A stretch of 64,000 nt of DNA from Dendrobates tinctorius (Eukaryota), in the NCBI RefSeq assembly GCF_039654945.1, contig NW_027361788.1, positions 42,718,001-42,782,000 on the forward strand. The letters are read 5' to 3'. The notes under the pieces are model-generated. The model worked only from the letters and a program-made list of their open reading frames with translations. It was not told the origin of the DNA and ran no database searches. Shown here in pieces: positions 35,501 to 52,115 of this stretch (positions are counted from its first letter, which is position 1; every line of letters starts with the position of its first letter). Made by a program: the position numbers and the translations under genes.

Positions 35501-38500
35501 CCACACACTCCAGGTCCTGGGACTACCTTCCTTTGACGACCTGACCCCTGATGTTGCATGTTGGACTGCTTCTTATGGTGACTCCATCTTTTACCATTTT
35601 CTCATTCCTTTTCTGTCCATCCCTATATTGGATGGTCTCCTGCTCCCTCTTTTACCAGGGTTTCCTATAGGGCCCCTCTTATTTTATGTGGCCTTTTTTT
35701 GGAGTGTGTGTTGGTGTATTACTCCCTCTACTCCTATAGTGGATGGCTACTTTACCTATAGTGCCTCCTGGTCTCTTGATAACCATTTTTTAGTGAGCAG
35801 CTGTGTGTCATTTTTTTTTTTCCTCTGGGGACGCCCAGATTTAAGGTTGGTCATGTTCTATGTTTTAATTTGTACATTTTGTCTAATTACACATCTTACT
35901 AGTGATGTCTGTTTATTAGGGTTTATTGTCTGACCTGTTTGGGACATTTGGGGGTGTGCCTTGCTTTTTAAATGTTTTTATTGTGTGTTTTGTCTTCTAA
36001 TAAAATTGATATGTATTGATCACATACCTCATTGTCTTGGGTGTGCGCTCTATATGCTGGGGTCTTTTTTCTCCTTTTGATCATTTGTCTCTGCCTATGC
36101 ATTGTGCAGCACCCCTTGCTTATTTTCTAATCTATATATTTTTTTGCCCCTTGGTGGTGCTCCCTACCACTTCTTCACTCACCTGTCCTGGACAAACGTG
36201 AAAGGCGTCATCTCCGGCATATACTGTAACGAGCACACAGACTTATTCCCCATAGAATATCGAGACTGAGAAATGCATAACCATCCCTGAAAATAGCACA
36301 GGTCACAATAATGCTGATTAAATCTGTAATAATGCCGCCAGATGCTGAGATATCATTAGAATAACACCGACAGACACAGATATTATACACTGCTAAAAAA
36401 AAAAAAAAAAAAAGGGGAAACAAGGGGAACACTTAAACAACACAATATAACTCTAAGTCAATCACACGTCTGTGAAATCAACCAGTGCAGTTATGAAGCA
36501 ACAACGATTGTGAATCAATTTCTCTTGCTGCTGTGCAAATGGAACAGACAACGGGTAGAAATGAGCAACACAACCCCTATAAAGGAGTGGTTCTGCAGGG
36601 GGTGACCACAGACCATTTCTCTGTTCTCATCCTTTTTGGCTGTTGCTTTGGTCACTTTTGCATTTTGTCATTGCTCTCACCCCTAAAGGTACTGTACAGT
36701 TGCATGAGGCGGTGTCTACGACCTTCAGAAGTTAGTCAGGTACTGCAGATCATCCCTGATGGCACATTAACGTGAGCTTTGGAAACAAGGGTAGTCGTGT
36801 CTGTCAGCACAGAGTCCAGGGCATGAAACAGATAGCAGGAGAGAGGCCAGTAGACAAGGAGACGTGGAGCGGGCTGCAGGAGAGCAACAACCCAGCTGCA
36901 GAACCGCTCCCTCCACATTTGTGCAAGGAGGAACAGGCGGATAAGTGCAAGAGCCCTACAAAATGTCCTCCAGCATGCCACTAACATCCATGTGTCTGCT
37001 CAAACTGTCAGAAACAGACTTCATGAGTGCAGTATGAGGGCTCAGCGTTCACAAGTTGGTGTTGGGCTTACAGCAAAACACCATTCAGGGTGATTGGCAG
37101 ATTCAACATTTGTGTCTTGTGCTCTTCACAGATGAGAGCAGATTCACACTGAGCACATGTGACAGACTCTGGAGACACCGTGGAGAACATTCTGCGGTCT
37201 GCAACATCTTCCAGCATGACCAGTTTAGCAGTTGGTCAGTAATGGTGAAGGAAGCCATTTCTTTGGAGGGCTACACAGCCCTCCATGTGCTAGCCAGAGG
37301 TACCGGGATGAGACCCTCAGATCTATTTTGAGACCATATGCAGGTGCAGTGGACATTGGGTTCCTTCTTATGCATGACAATGCTATGCCTCATGTGGCTG
37401 AAGTGTGGCAGCAGTTCCTGCATGATGAAGACATTGATGCTATGGACTGGCCTGCCCGTTCTCCAGACCAGAATCCATTCGAGCACATCTAGGACATCAT
37501 GTCTCGCTCCATCCACCAACGTTTTGTTGCACCACAGACTGTCCAGGAGTTGATTGATGCTTTAATCCAGGTCTGAGGAGATCTCTCAGGAGAACACCAC
37601 CACCTCATTAGGAGCATGCCCAGGTGTTGTAGGGAGGTCATTCAGGCACGTGGAGGCCACACACACTACCGAGCATCATTTCCTTGTCTTGAGGCATTTC
37701 CACTGAAGTTGGATCAGCCGGTAATATCATTTTCCACTTTGATTTTGAGTATCATTCCAAATCCAGACTTTCATGGGATATTTTGATTTACATTGATCAT
37801 TTTTATGTTTTACTGTTTTCAACGCATTCCACTATGTAATAAATAAAGATCTGAAACAGAAATGTTTCATTCAGTGACATTTAGGATGTGGGATTTTAGT
37901 GTTACCTTTATTTTTTTTGAGCAAAGTACATAACATACATATCCATAAATAACGCTAGACATTGAGATATTACAAATAATAACACCATATATGTGGGTAA
38001 TAATATCGCCAGACAAGGAGATAATACATATAATAACGCGGTTAGAGGCCGTATATATGTGTGTACGAGATGAGGACACCACTCACCTTCTCAATGACTG
38101 CGTTCAGACGTTGTCTCTTCTCCTTCAGATCTTCCAGATCATCCATGACTCTCAGGAGCAGCTGATCCAAATGCTGATTCACATCTACTGGACTCTCATT
38201 CACAGAAGGCTCCATGCTTATGGTAGAAGAACCTGAGAAGAATCGTGATAACCATGATATCGATTATCGGATGTATCTGATCCTATCCTGTGTGACACTG
38301 GTTGCTGAGCCGTGTATCTAATCCTATCCTGTGTGACACTGGTTGCTGAGCTGTGTATCTAATCCTATCCTGTCTGATACTGGTTGCTGAGCAATGTATC
38401 TAATCCCATCCTGTGTGATACTGACTGCTGAGCCATGTATCTAATCCTATCCTGTGTGATACTGTGTGGTGAGCTGTGTATCTGATCCTATCCTGTGTGA

Positions 38501-40185
38501 CACTGTCTGCTGAGCCGTGTATCTAATCCTCTCCTGTGTGACACTGGTTGCTGAGCTGTGTATCTAATCCTATCCTGTCTGATACTGGTTGCTGAGCAAT
38601 GTATCTAATCCCATCCTGTGTGATACTGACTGCTGAGCCATGTATCTAATCCTATCCTGTGTGATACTGTGTGGTGAGCTGTGTATCTGATCCTATCCTG
38701 TGTGACACTGTCTGCTGAGCCGTGTATCTAATCCTCTCCTGTGTGACACTGGTTGCTGAGCTGTGTATCTAATCCTATCCTGTCTGATACTGACTGCTGA
38801 GCAATGTATCTAATCCCATCCTGTGTGATACTGACTGCTGAGCCGTGTATCCAATCCAATCCTGTGTGATACTGACTGCTGAGCAATGTATCTAATCCCA
38901 TCCTGTGTGATACTGTCTGCTGAGCCGTGTATCCAATCCAATCCTGTGTGATACTGACTGCTGAGCAATGTATCTAATCCCATCCTGTGTGATACTGACT
39001 GCTGAGCAATGTATCTAATCCTATCCTGTGTGATACTGCCTGCTGAGCAATGTATCTAATCTTATCCTGTGTGATACTGCTTGCTGAGCTGTGTCTAATC
39101 CTCTCCTGTGTGATACTGTCTGCTGAGCTGTGTACCTAATCCTCTCCTGTGTGATACTGTCTGCTGAGCTATGTATCTAATCCTATCCTGTGTGTTACTG
39201 CCTGCTGAGCAATGTATCTAATCCTATCCTGTGTGATACTGCTTGCTGAGCTGTGTCTAATCCTCTCCTGTGTGATACTGTCTGCTGAGCTGTGTACCTA
39301 ATCCCATCATGTGTGATACTGACTGCTGAGCATCTAATCCTATCCTGGGTGATACTGACTGCTGAGCTGTGTATCTAATCCTATCCTGTGTGACACTGGT
39401 TGCTGAGCTGTGTATCTAATCCTATCCTGTCTGATACTGGTTGCTGAGCAATGTATCTAATCCCATCCTGTGTGATACTGACTGCTGAGCTGTGTATCTA
39501 ATCCTATCCTGTGTGATACTGTCTGCTGAGCAATGTATCTAATCCCATCCTGTGTGATACTGCTTGCTGAGCTGTGTATCTAATCCTATCCTGTGTGATA
39601 CTGTCTGCTGAGCAATGTATCTAATCCTATCCTGTGTGATACTGCTTGCTGAGCTGTGTCTAATCCTCTCCTGTGTGATACTGTCTGCTGAGCTGTGTAC
39701 CTAATCCTCTCCTGTGTGATACTGTGTGCTGAGCCGTGTATCTAATCCTATCCTGTGTGATACTGACTGCTGAGCTGTGTATCTAATCCTATCCTGTGTG
39801 ATACTGTCTGCTGAGCAATGTATCTAATCCCATCCTGTGTGATACTGCTTGCTGAGCTGTGTATCTAATCCTATCCTGTGTGATACTGTCTGCTGAGCAA
39901 TGTATCTAATCCCATCCTGTGTGATACTGCTTGCTGAGCTGTGTATCTAATCCTATCCTGTGTGATACTGTCTGCTGAGCAATGTATCTAATCCCATCCT
40001 GTGTGATACTGCTTGCTGAGCTGTGTATCTAAGCCTCTGACATGTGGTTGAGCAGTCTGGTGTGAGCTGCAGTCCCTCCGTACACTAGTTAGTACCAGGA
40101 CACACAGACATCGTCCGCTCACTACAATCCTCTCTGTATAACCTTTCCCCAATCCCCATAGCCCCAACTTCTCACCTTCTGACAT
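32515..40185 (-). CDS. CCDC115: Coiled-coil domain-containing protein 115 (V-ATPase assembly factor VMA22), ~216 aa
   Basis: GT-AG exons 40185-40176, 38232-38087, 36286-36183, 33247-33132, 32865-32704, 32627-32515 (651 nt, frame consistent). Motifs [59 protein letters not shown]. Head-to-head with IMP4 as in human. Alternative in-frame ATG at 38215. Confidence 0.93.
33837..36177. mobile_element. Non-autonomous Penelope-like insertion with ~640-bp inverted arms and 19-bp TSD
   Basis: TSD CTCACCTGTCCTGGACAAA at 33818-33836 and 36178-36196. Inverted arms at ~33837-34500 and ~35452-36079, each starting with a hammerhead-like motif. No RT ORF. Confidence 0.8.
34456..34494 (-). ncRNA. Minimal type-I hammerhead-like motif (variant core)
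   Basis: CCCUGACGA-A-GCUGC-acuua-GCAGC-GAUAC-GC-GUGGGG. Canonical CUGANGA and stem II, palindromic ACGCGU stem III, but GAUA replaces GAAA. Second copy on plus strand at 35458-35496. Confidence 0.55.
36388..37926 (+). mobile_element. Degenerate Tc1 transposon in a CCDC115 intron
   Basis: TA-flanked TIR-like ends CACTGCT-A(n)...GGGAACACT / AGTGTTACCTTTATTTTTTTTGAGCAAAG. Decayed [18 protein letters not shown] and [14 protein letters not shown] motifs. Confidence 0.85.
38270..40032. repeat. 41-bp minisatellite (~43 units) filling CCDC115 intron 1
   Basis: Unit GTATCTAATCCTATCCTGTGTGATACTGTCTGCTGAGCTGT. Confidence 0.97.
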
Positions 40186-40336
40186 GATCTTCTCACGTGA
40201 CCTTCCCAACCCGGAAGTAGACATGTTGCGTCACTTCCGGATATGGTGTGACCATGTTTACTGAGGGCAGCTGGGGATTGGCCGGTAGACCAGGAAGTGG
40301 TAGTGATCGTTCCCACGTGTGAGACCGGCTGCGACC
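40186..40336. promoter_or_regulatory. Compact bidirectional promoter CCDC115/IMP4
   Basis: 151 bp between divergent ATGs. ETS/GABP motifs CCGGAAGT (40211), ACTTCCGG (40233), CAGGAAGT (40291); E-boxes TCACGTGA (40193-40200) and CACGTG (40314); CRE-like TGCGTCA (40227). Confidence 0.8.
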
Positions 40337-43300
40337 ATGGTGAGTAGATCTGCAGTGGGATAATGTGCGTTAAATAGAGGGCAGTGATAGCTCGGCCTCG
40401 GTGTGTTTCTCCCCTGCACTTCGTGTTATATAGATATAGCAGAGCTGACCACAGCCCAGGACGGGCAGCTCCCTTTACCCATCAGTCCCTTCACTGAAGA
40501 GAGCATTTTACTAAACAGGTGACCTCCATCAGTTACACTCCTAGGATTTAGGGCCCCATTGCGAAATCCTGGAGTGGAGACCCCCTTTCTACCATTAACC
40601 CATCAGGGGCCCAATGTGGGGTGACATTGCACCACTTATGTAACCATGGAAATGTGGGATCATTGGCATTGGTCACCTCAGCATCGAAGTAGTTAAACTG
40701 CGCTCGCTCAAGTCTCTACCGTTTCGTTAGATGTCTGCGGTGTGATATGTCACCTGCGGAGGATGGAGCAAGGTCCATGCCCGTGTCATCCATATGCCAC
40801 CATGTCTGCCATACATGTATGACGCTTGTTGGGGGAAGTGGCCTGTAGCAGATGTGTCCTCCTGCCATTGGTGGTACTCCACTGCCCGGGATCTCCATAG
40901 TTGCTTCTCGCACTGGCGGACAGCGGCAGGGACCCAGTGAGATCTTCAGATGCTTTATTAAAGGGGTCTTAGGAATTTAGATGGAGCGGTGGTCGAGCAT
41001 GGCCTTCTCTGGCCAATGCATTGTTTATAGGCCTGTGAAGACCAGGTGCTGTGCTCCATTCACACTCCTGATGGCCATGACACAGTACTCCGAATATTAC
41101 CCCTGTGACGGGCAGGGCTTCCACTTTGTAGCGTTGTGTAATCGTCCCAATTGTTGCAGCGCAGAGACCCCTCCTAGCACAGGGCTTGAGCTATGTATGT
41201 ACATGGCCTCTACATATTGGGGATCAGGGGGCTCCCAGTGACTAATCCGCCATCGTCTGTAGCTGCGCAGGGAAGCTCGTCTACGCAGGGAATACCTCTA
41301 CAGGAAAGCCCAGGAGGCCAAGCAGCACAGCATAGAAGACAAGAAGCAGCGGTTAAAACGAGCGCTCGAAGGTCAGTGCCATGACAGTAGATATCAGATG
41401 ACGCTGAACATGCCAGATACAGACGCTGACACCCCTCTATATCCACAGAAAACAGGCTCATCCCCACAGAGATCCGCAGGGAAGCCCTCACTCTTCAGAA
41501 GCAACTCGAGTTTGATGATGAAGGTGGTGAAGGTAAGAATGGGAGACTACAAGACCCAGCATGATGTGGAATGTAGACATCTGTGTGATTGCACTACAAG
41601 TGTCAGTGGTGCCTGATGAAATCTAGGGTATTTATATGAAAACAAAATAAAGTTTTCTCTGGGAAATATAAAGTAAATCAAAATGGTCTCACTAACATGA
41701 TTTCACAAGCACTTCAATCTCGAGCATAGACTGTCCACCATGAACTGTCTTTCTCTAGCTCCGACATGATCTGCTGGGCTAACCAAACTGCCTGTTAGAC
41801 CCAGACTGGAGTATGGTAGCGACTTTTCCCACCCAGGCTCTTCTGGTCGTATTTATGTGTATCGGTTCAGTTTACTGTTTCGTTGCCCCTCACAGGAGTG
41901 TCCTCACACATGGATGATGAGTATAAATGGGCAGGTGTGGAAGATCCGAAAGTCATGATCACAACATCAAGGGACCCAAGTTCACGACTGAAAATGTTTG
42001 CCAAGGTAAAAGTGGCACAGGGCAGTGTTCCCCAACTTGTGGTAACAGGGTGTAACTCACAAACTAAAAATGAGTACTGTAAACCAATCAGGGCGGCATC
42101 CATGGGTTATATATGTCCAGAATATAAGGACATGACATAGTGAGATGTGACCCCACCATTAAAAAAAAATAGGCTCCAATAAGGTGTACACAAAAGACTA
42201 CAACTCCCAGTATGTCGTGAGAGGATGAGGCTTTAACTTGCGATTTGATTCTCATACTCTTGTTGTCTAGGAGTTGAAGTTGGTGTTTCCCAATGCTCAG
42301 CGTATGAACAGAGGAAAGCACGAGATGGGATCGCTGGTCCGGGCCTGCAAAGCCAATGACGTCACGGACCTTGTCATCGTTCATGAGCACAGAGGCATGC
42401 CGGGTAATTAGAATGATCCTCATAGTGTTTTATCATTGCGGTTATCAGTCACATATAGATGTATTGGTTTCTGATGGTTCTCAGCACTGGGAGGGATGAT
42501 GGGGGTCATTATGAACTGAGCAAAAAGAAAAGGAAGGTCCAGTTTCACAAGAAAAAGTCCAATTTATTGTTATAAAAACAAAGTCCAGAAAAAATAGAAA
42601 ATCACATGAGTAAAAGGCCATAGCCTATTTCCTGTTACTCATGTGATCTTCTATTTTTTCTGGAATTTGTTTTTATAACAATAAATTGGACTTTTTCTTG
42701 TGAAGCTGGACCTTCCTTTTCTTTTTGCTCTGACACATGCGTAATGACTGCACATGGTCAGTGATTCCCACAACACATGCCTACAGGTGAGCTTTCTTTT
42801 TACCTTTCTAAGTCGTTATGATCTGCCTATCATCCTGCTGAAGAACAGAACAGCCAGCCTGACATATCAATAGTTCAGGAGTTGGGATAATCTGCCTCAT
42901 ATGAACTTACCCTCATTCCACAGAAGTGAGACGGGATCACGTATATTTCTCTTCATGTGTCATAGTAATCAGGAAAACATGTAATGTGCTTTTAGCTGCC
43001 CCTACAGTCCCGTATGGCTGGCTAGGACCATGTTCTTGTGGCATGGATGTGCCATAGGCATACCCCTTTAAGACACCCCTTCTCCACAGCAGCTATTTAG
43101 AGTATAATGTCTTTTGGAGGACCTGTCACTCTTGTATATTGTTATTGATTTACATAAAACCAGTGTAAGGCTTAAAGTTTCCTCTAGATGCTGCTGGGCT
43201 CTCCTGCAGATTGTAGGTGATCACTTAATTGTTAATTGCTGCAAAATATGTTGGCGCTGTATGATTATTGACAGATTCGAGCAGACTTCGGCATCATATC

Positions 43301-45274
43301 GCATTTTCTTTGTGGTTTTCAAAACTCAAGTGGTGTTATAAACTCATCCAGAATGAAAGGGGACACGTCCTTAATTTATGGTGCTCAAATCACTGGCAAC
43401 ATAAATCAATCTACATTACTGCAGGTGTGTGTGTGTGTTACAGACAAAACACTATGAAAAACAGGTCAGGGACCAAGCATCTCTGGGGACTATCTGACAC
43501 AAGTCCCCAGCAGCTTCTCTCTGCCCCTGATCCTCTTTTGACTAACAGGTCTCTCCCAGACTGTGTATAGGGTCTGTCATGGACAGAGGGGCAGGGAAAA
43601 GCTGCCACGGACCAGCCTCTGTCTAATTAAATTGTCTTTGGTCATCTTTTTAAAGTGATTTCTCTTAAACTTGCATCATACACTGCTGCAGTAAAGCTGC
43701 CACTTGATTCCTGATGCCCATGACTCGAGCAGCATGAATCGGATGAGAGGTTGTCTTTCAATAACTAGATCTCTGCTATACCTGGAGGTATTGGGCTCAG
43801 TAAATCACATGCAATTAGTGATTGCTCATTTATTTTAGATGGGCTGATCGTGTGCCATCTTCCGTTTGGGCCGACTGCATATTTCACACTTTGTAATGTA
43901 GTAATGAGACACGATATTCCAGACCTGGGCACGATGTCAGAGGCTTATCCCCACCTTGTATTCCACAACTTCACCTCCAGGCTTGGACAGCGGGTAAGAT
44001 TGGCTTCCTAGACCACCACATACATCAGTCATGCCTTTTCTAAACCTTTTTCTGTCCCCAGGTGTCCAATATCATGAAGTATTTATTCCCTGTGCCCAAG
44101 GATGAGAGCAGACGAGTGATAACTTTTGCAAATCAAGAGGACTACATTTCATTTAGGTATGTTATGTAGGCCAGACATGGTCGGTCAGTTCCCTCTGTGC
44201 CAGTGTTCACCTAAAATAACAGTTTTTTCTTACTGCAGGCACCACGTTTACAAGAAGACAGATCATCGCAATATTGAGTTGTCTGAAGTCGGGCCGCGGT
44301 TTGAGATGAAATGTGAGTGATAGTGAAAGATTTAGTTGGAATCCTGTATTCTCTACTCTAGAATGAGCGGGTATTCATAGCATACATTTATCAACTGCAG
44401 TAATATACACCAGGGAGTATGTTGTTCTCTAGCTTTGAAAGTGTCAGTGGTGAATGCATGCTAGAAGTTGTACAACACCCACATTATAGACCAGCAACAT
44501 GCCTGCACCCTATAAATTGTGATAATTGTCAGTAGTGAGATGAGAGTCCACATCTTTAGGTTCCAATAAGTGCAGATTCCATTAATCCCACTCGTTTTAA
44601 AGGTGGCATCAATCTTGCTCTAAGATCTGAACACTTGGAAGGTGATCAATCTCATAGATGCCCCTCTATCACTTGATTTATGGCCCACAACAGTATTGTC
44701 ACTAATAAAGTATAGGTATAATATACATAAGTTCCTTTTCTTTTTTTAATTGGTGGAATCTGCTAAAATTGTTTCATCCAAATTCATCAAAATAGCGGAC
44801 ATGATTCAGGAATTTTGCACAAAGCCAAAAACATTTTTTTTTATTTTCTGTCTATAATTGTGTTCACAACTACCTGGTGGGGGAAAGGTGCATGATGTGC
44901 AAAATTGTTGCAAGAAAATAGTTGCCAAAATATCTGGTTTAGATAGAATAACACTGGGGGGGGGGGGGGGCTGGAGGAGAGTTGCACCTGATTTTACAAC
45001 TTTTTAAGTTGCATTCAATGAATTTGTCTAAGGTATCTGGAAAAGCCACATTGATGTAAAATCAGAAAACCGTTTTGATTAACTATTTGTATATCTAAGT
45101 CGCTAATTATGCAGTGATGTATCACCCCAGTGTCCTTATACCTGGCTGTTACTCTTTGCAGTGTATATGATAAAGCTGGGCACCTTGGAGAATGAGGGCA
45201 CAGCAGAAGTGGAGTGGCGCTGGCATCCATATACCAATACGGCCAAGAAGAGGAAGTATCTCAGCAATGAATAG
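40337..45274 (+). CDS. IMP4: U3 small nucleolar ribonucleoprotein IMP4 (Brix family), 291 aa
   Basis: Exons 40337-40339, 41263-41371, 41449-41532, 41896-42005, 42271-42403, 43839-43993, 44062-44156, 44239-44312, 45162-45274 (876 nt). [17 protein letters not shown]...[22 protein letters not shown]...EVGPRFEMK...[19 protein letters not shown] at 45301. Confidence 0.97.
42519..42811 (+). mobile_element. Short fold-back insertion (Penelope-like architecture) in IMP4 intron 5
   Basis: ~95-bp inverted arms at 42518-42613 and 42635-42730; tail with CAGGTGAG; degenerate TSD GTCATTATGAACTG (42505-42518) / GTCGTTATGATCTG (42812-42825). Confidence 0.65.
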
Positions 45275-45445
45275 TATCTGTGTTTTGTATGTTGCCTGTA
45301 AATAAAGATGTCTTTATAGAATGGGGGGAAGCATCAATTCAATCAACAGAACTTTTATTGCAAAAACTAAACTGAAACCTACAGAGAACAAGTAACTAAA
45401 CACTTCTACCAGTTCTATCACATATGACTGGTCCCTTCTATCACC

Positions 45446-50144
<4,699 letters not shown>

Positions 50145-50279
50145 AGTTATTTCCGCAGAGGGACGTACTGTCTACCACAGGATTCTTGTTCCGCGCTGGG
50201 TGATCGCCGCTTCACTTCAAGTCTCTCCCAGTCAGCACGACGCTCCTCGCCAACTGTCTGTCAGATCTCCAGCTCAGGG

Positions 50280-50455
50280 TCACAGCTTATAAGACACTTG
50301 CGGTGCGCTCGAGCGTGTCTGCCGCTGCTGATTGGATGAAATTGCTGAGAGCGCGGGAAAATACATCCAGTGACACTCTCACTAACTGTACAGATAGTGC
50401 GTGCAGGCTCTGATTGGTTGCTAGGCTGCTTGGAACAGCCGTGATTGGTTGGCTG
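50280..50455 (-). promoter_or_regulatory. Alpha-tubulin core promoter
   Basis: TATAAG at 50286-50291 (minus strand) ~140 bp upstream of the ATG; three CCAAT boxes (ATTGG on plus strand at ~50331, 50413, 50444). Confidence 0.6.
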
Positions 50456-51017
50456 GTCATGTTCCCACTGCGCGGGAAGTTGACATTTAACGGTCGTTTG
50501 AAGTAGCGGCTCAGTGATGTGGGAATGTAGACAAGAGGGCAGTAGTAAACACCAAGTTACCTCATGCGTCACTAGACGCTGCGCAGCTTGTGCCTTCACA
50601 TGTAATAAAATGGTATCTAGAAACCTCACATTTCCAAACAAATGATGTATATTACTAATAAAGCCAGTGTGATTGCCATTCTGCCGCCATTTTAGATAAA
50701 GTGACAAGCTGATCAGCCGCCATATTGTTTTTTAATGACAACTGGTCACTTTCTCAGTGATGTCTGAACTTGGCATAAAGGGTGACGATGAGCGAAAGTC
50801 TGTGGGTGCATCTACAATCTACAACCCCAATCCCGAGTCCATTGACTCACTACTAAATATGGGAAGGAGCTGCATTGTGTGCTTTGTATGGCCGTATCAA
50901 TAAATGGCTTCATAATGTGAAGTTACCTCATGAAGAACCCTCAGGAGATCAGATCTGGTGTAAAAGCCTGGAGTACATAGAAATATAGCATACATACAAA
51001 CATGGCATATATATATA

Positions 51018-51498
51018 CAGTACAGAGCAAAAGTTTGGACACACCTCATTCAAAGAGGTTTTTTTATTTTCGTGACTATGAAAATTGTAGATTCACTCTG
51101 AAGGCATCAAAACTATGAATTAACACACGTGGAATTATATGATTAACAAAAAAGTGTGAAACAACTGAAAATATGTCTTATATTCTAGGTTCTTCAAAGT
51201 AGCCACCTTTTGCTTTGATTACTGCTTTGCACACTCTTGGCATTCTCTTGATGAGCCGGAAAGCATTGGTACTGAGATGTGGTCTGTGGTCCCCACCTGC
51301 AGAACCACTCCTTTATTGAGGGTGTCTTGATAATTGCCAATAATTTCCATCTGTTGTCTATTCCATTTGCACAACAGCATGTGAAATTGATTGTCAGTCA
51401 GTGTTGCTTCCTAAGTGGACAATTTAATTTCACAAAAGTTTGATTTACTTGGAGTTATATTCTGTTGTTTAAGTGTTCCCTTTATTTTTTGAGCAGTG
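51018..51498. mobile_element. Fused terminal fragments of two different Tc1 families
   Basis: Left end TA-CAGTACAGAGCAAAAGTTTGGACACA. Right part is the reverse complement of the 5' end of the 36388 family (...AGTGTTCCCTTTATTTTTTGAGCAGTG-TA). Confidence 0.65.
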
Positions 51499-51750
51499 TA
51501 TATGTATACAGTATGTATATATATATATATAGAGAGAGAGCGAGAGAGTACATACATACATGGAGTACATACAAATATGATATATATGGAGTACATACAA
51601 ACATGGCTTCTTTTATATATATACACACACACACATATACATACATGGAGTACATACAAATATGATATATATATATATATACATGGAGTACATACAAATG
51701 TGTGTGTATATACGGAGTACATACAAACATGGCATGTTATATATATGATT
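51499..51750. repeat. (TA)n-rich degenerate repeat
   Basis: TA runs alternating with GGAGTACATACAAA. Confidence 0.75.
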
Positions 51751-52115
51751 ATTATAGCACCATTTATTCCTTGGCGCTTGACATGTGAAAAGGGGTATCT
51801 ACAGTATAGATATAAAATTGAATGTATGTGTGTGTCACCAACCAATCACGAAGCATCTTTCTTTTCACCAGAGCTGTTTAAAAGAAGCTGAGCTGTGATT
51901 GGTTGCTATGAGCAACAGTTTTCCCACTTGACAACACCTCTGCAGACACTGACCGAGTGGTGGGAGAAATCTAGCATAAAAAGGAATATAAGCTCCCAGC
52001 CATTGTCTGCCCCCCAGAAAGGACCAGATAGCACATGACAGAAATGAATCACCCCCTCCCGTGCCCATATACCCATCACACATCCTCCATCCCATAGGCA
52101 CATCTTCCCTCTTAA

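Noticed and set aside
34011-36201. ORFs 34226-34543, 35451-35933 and neighbours as genes
   Set aside because: Mirror-image translations of the inverted arms with no recognisable domain.
40340-45161. Intronic snoRNAs in IMP4
   Set aside because: No convincing C/D or H/ACA box arrangement with terminal stems was seen by eye. An Infernal/Rfam search would be needed to exclude them.
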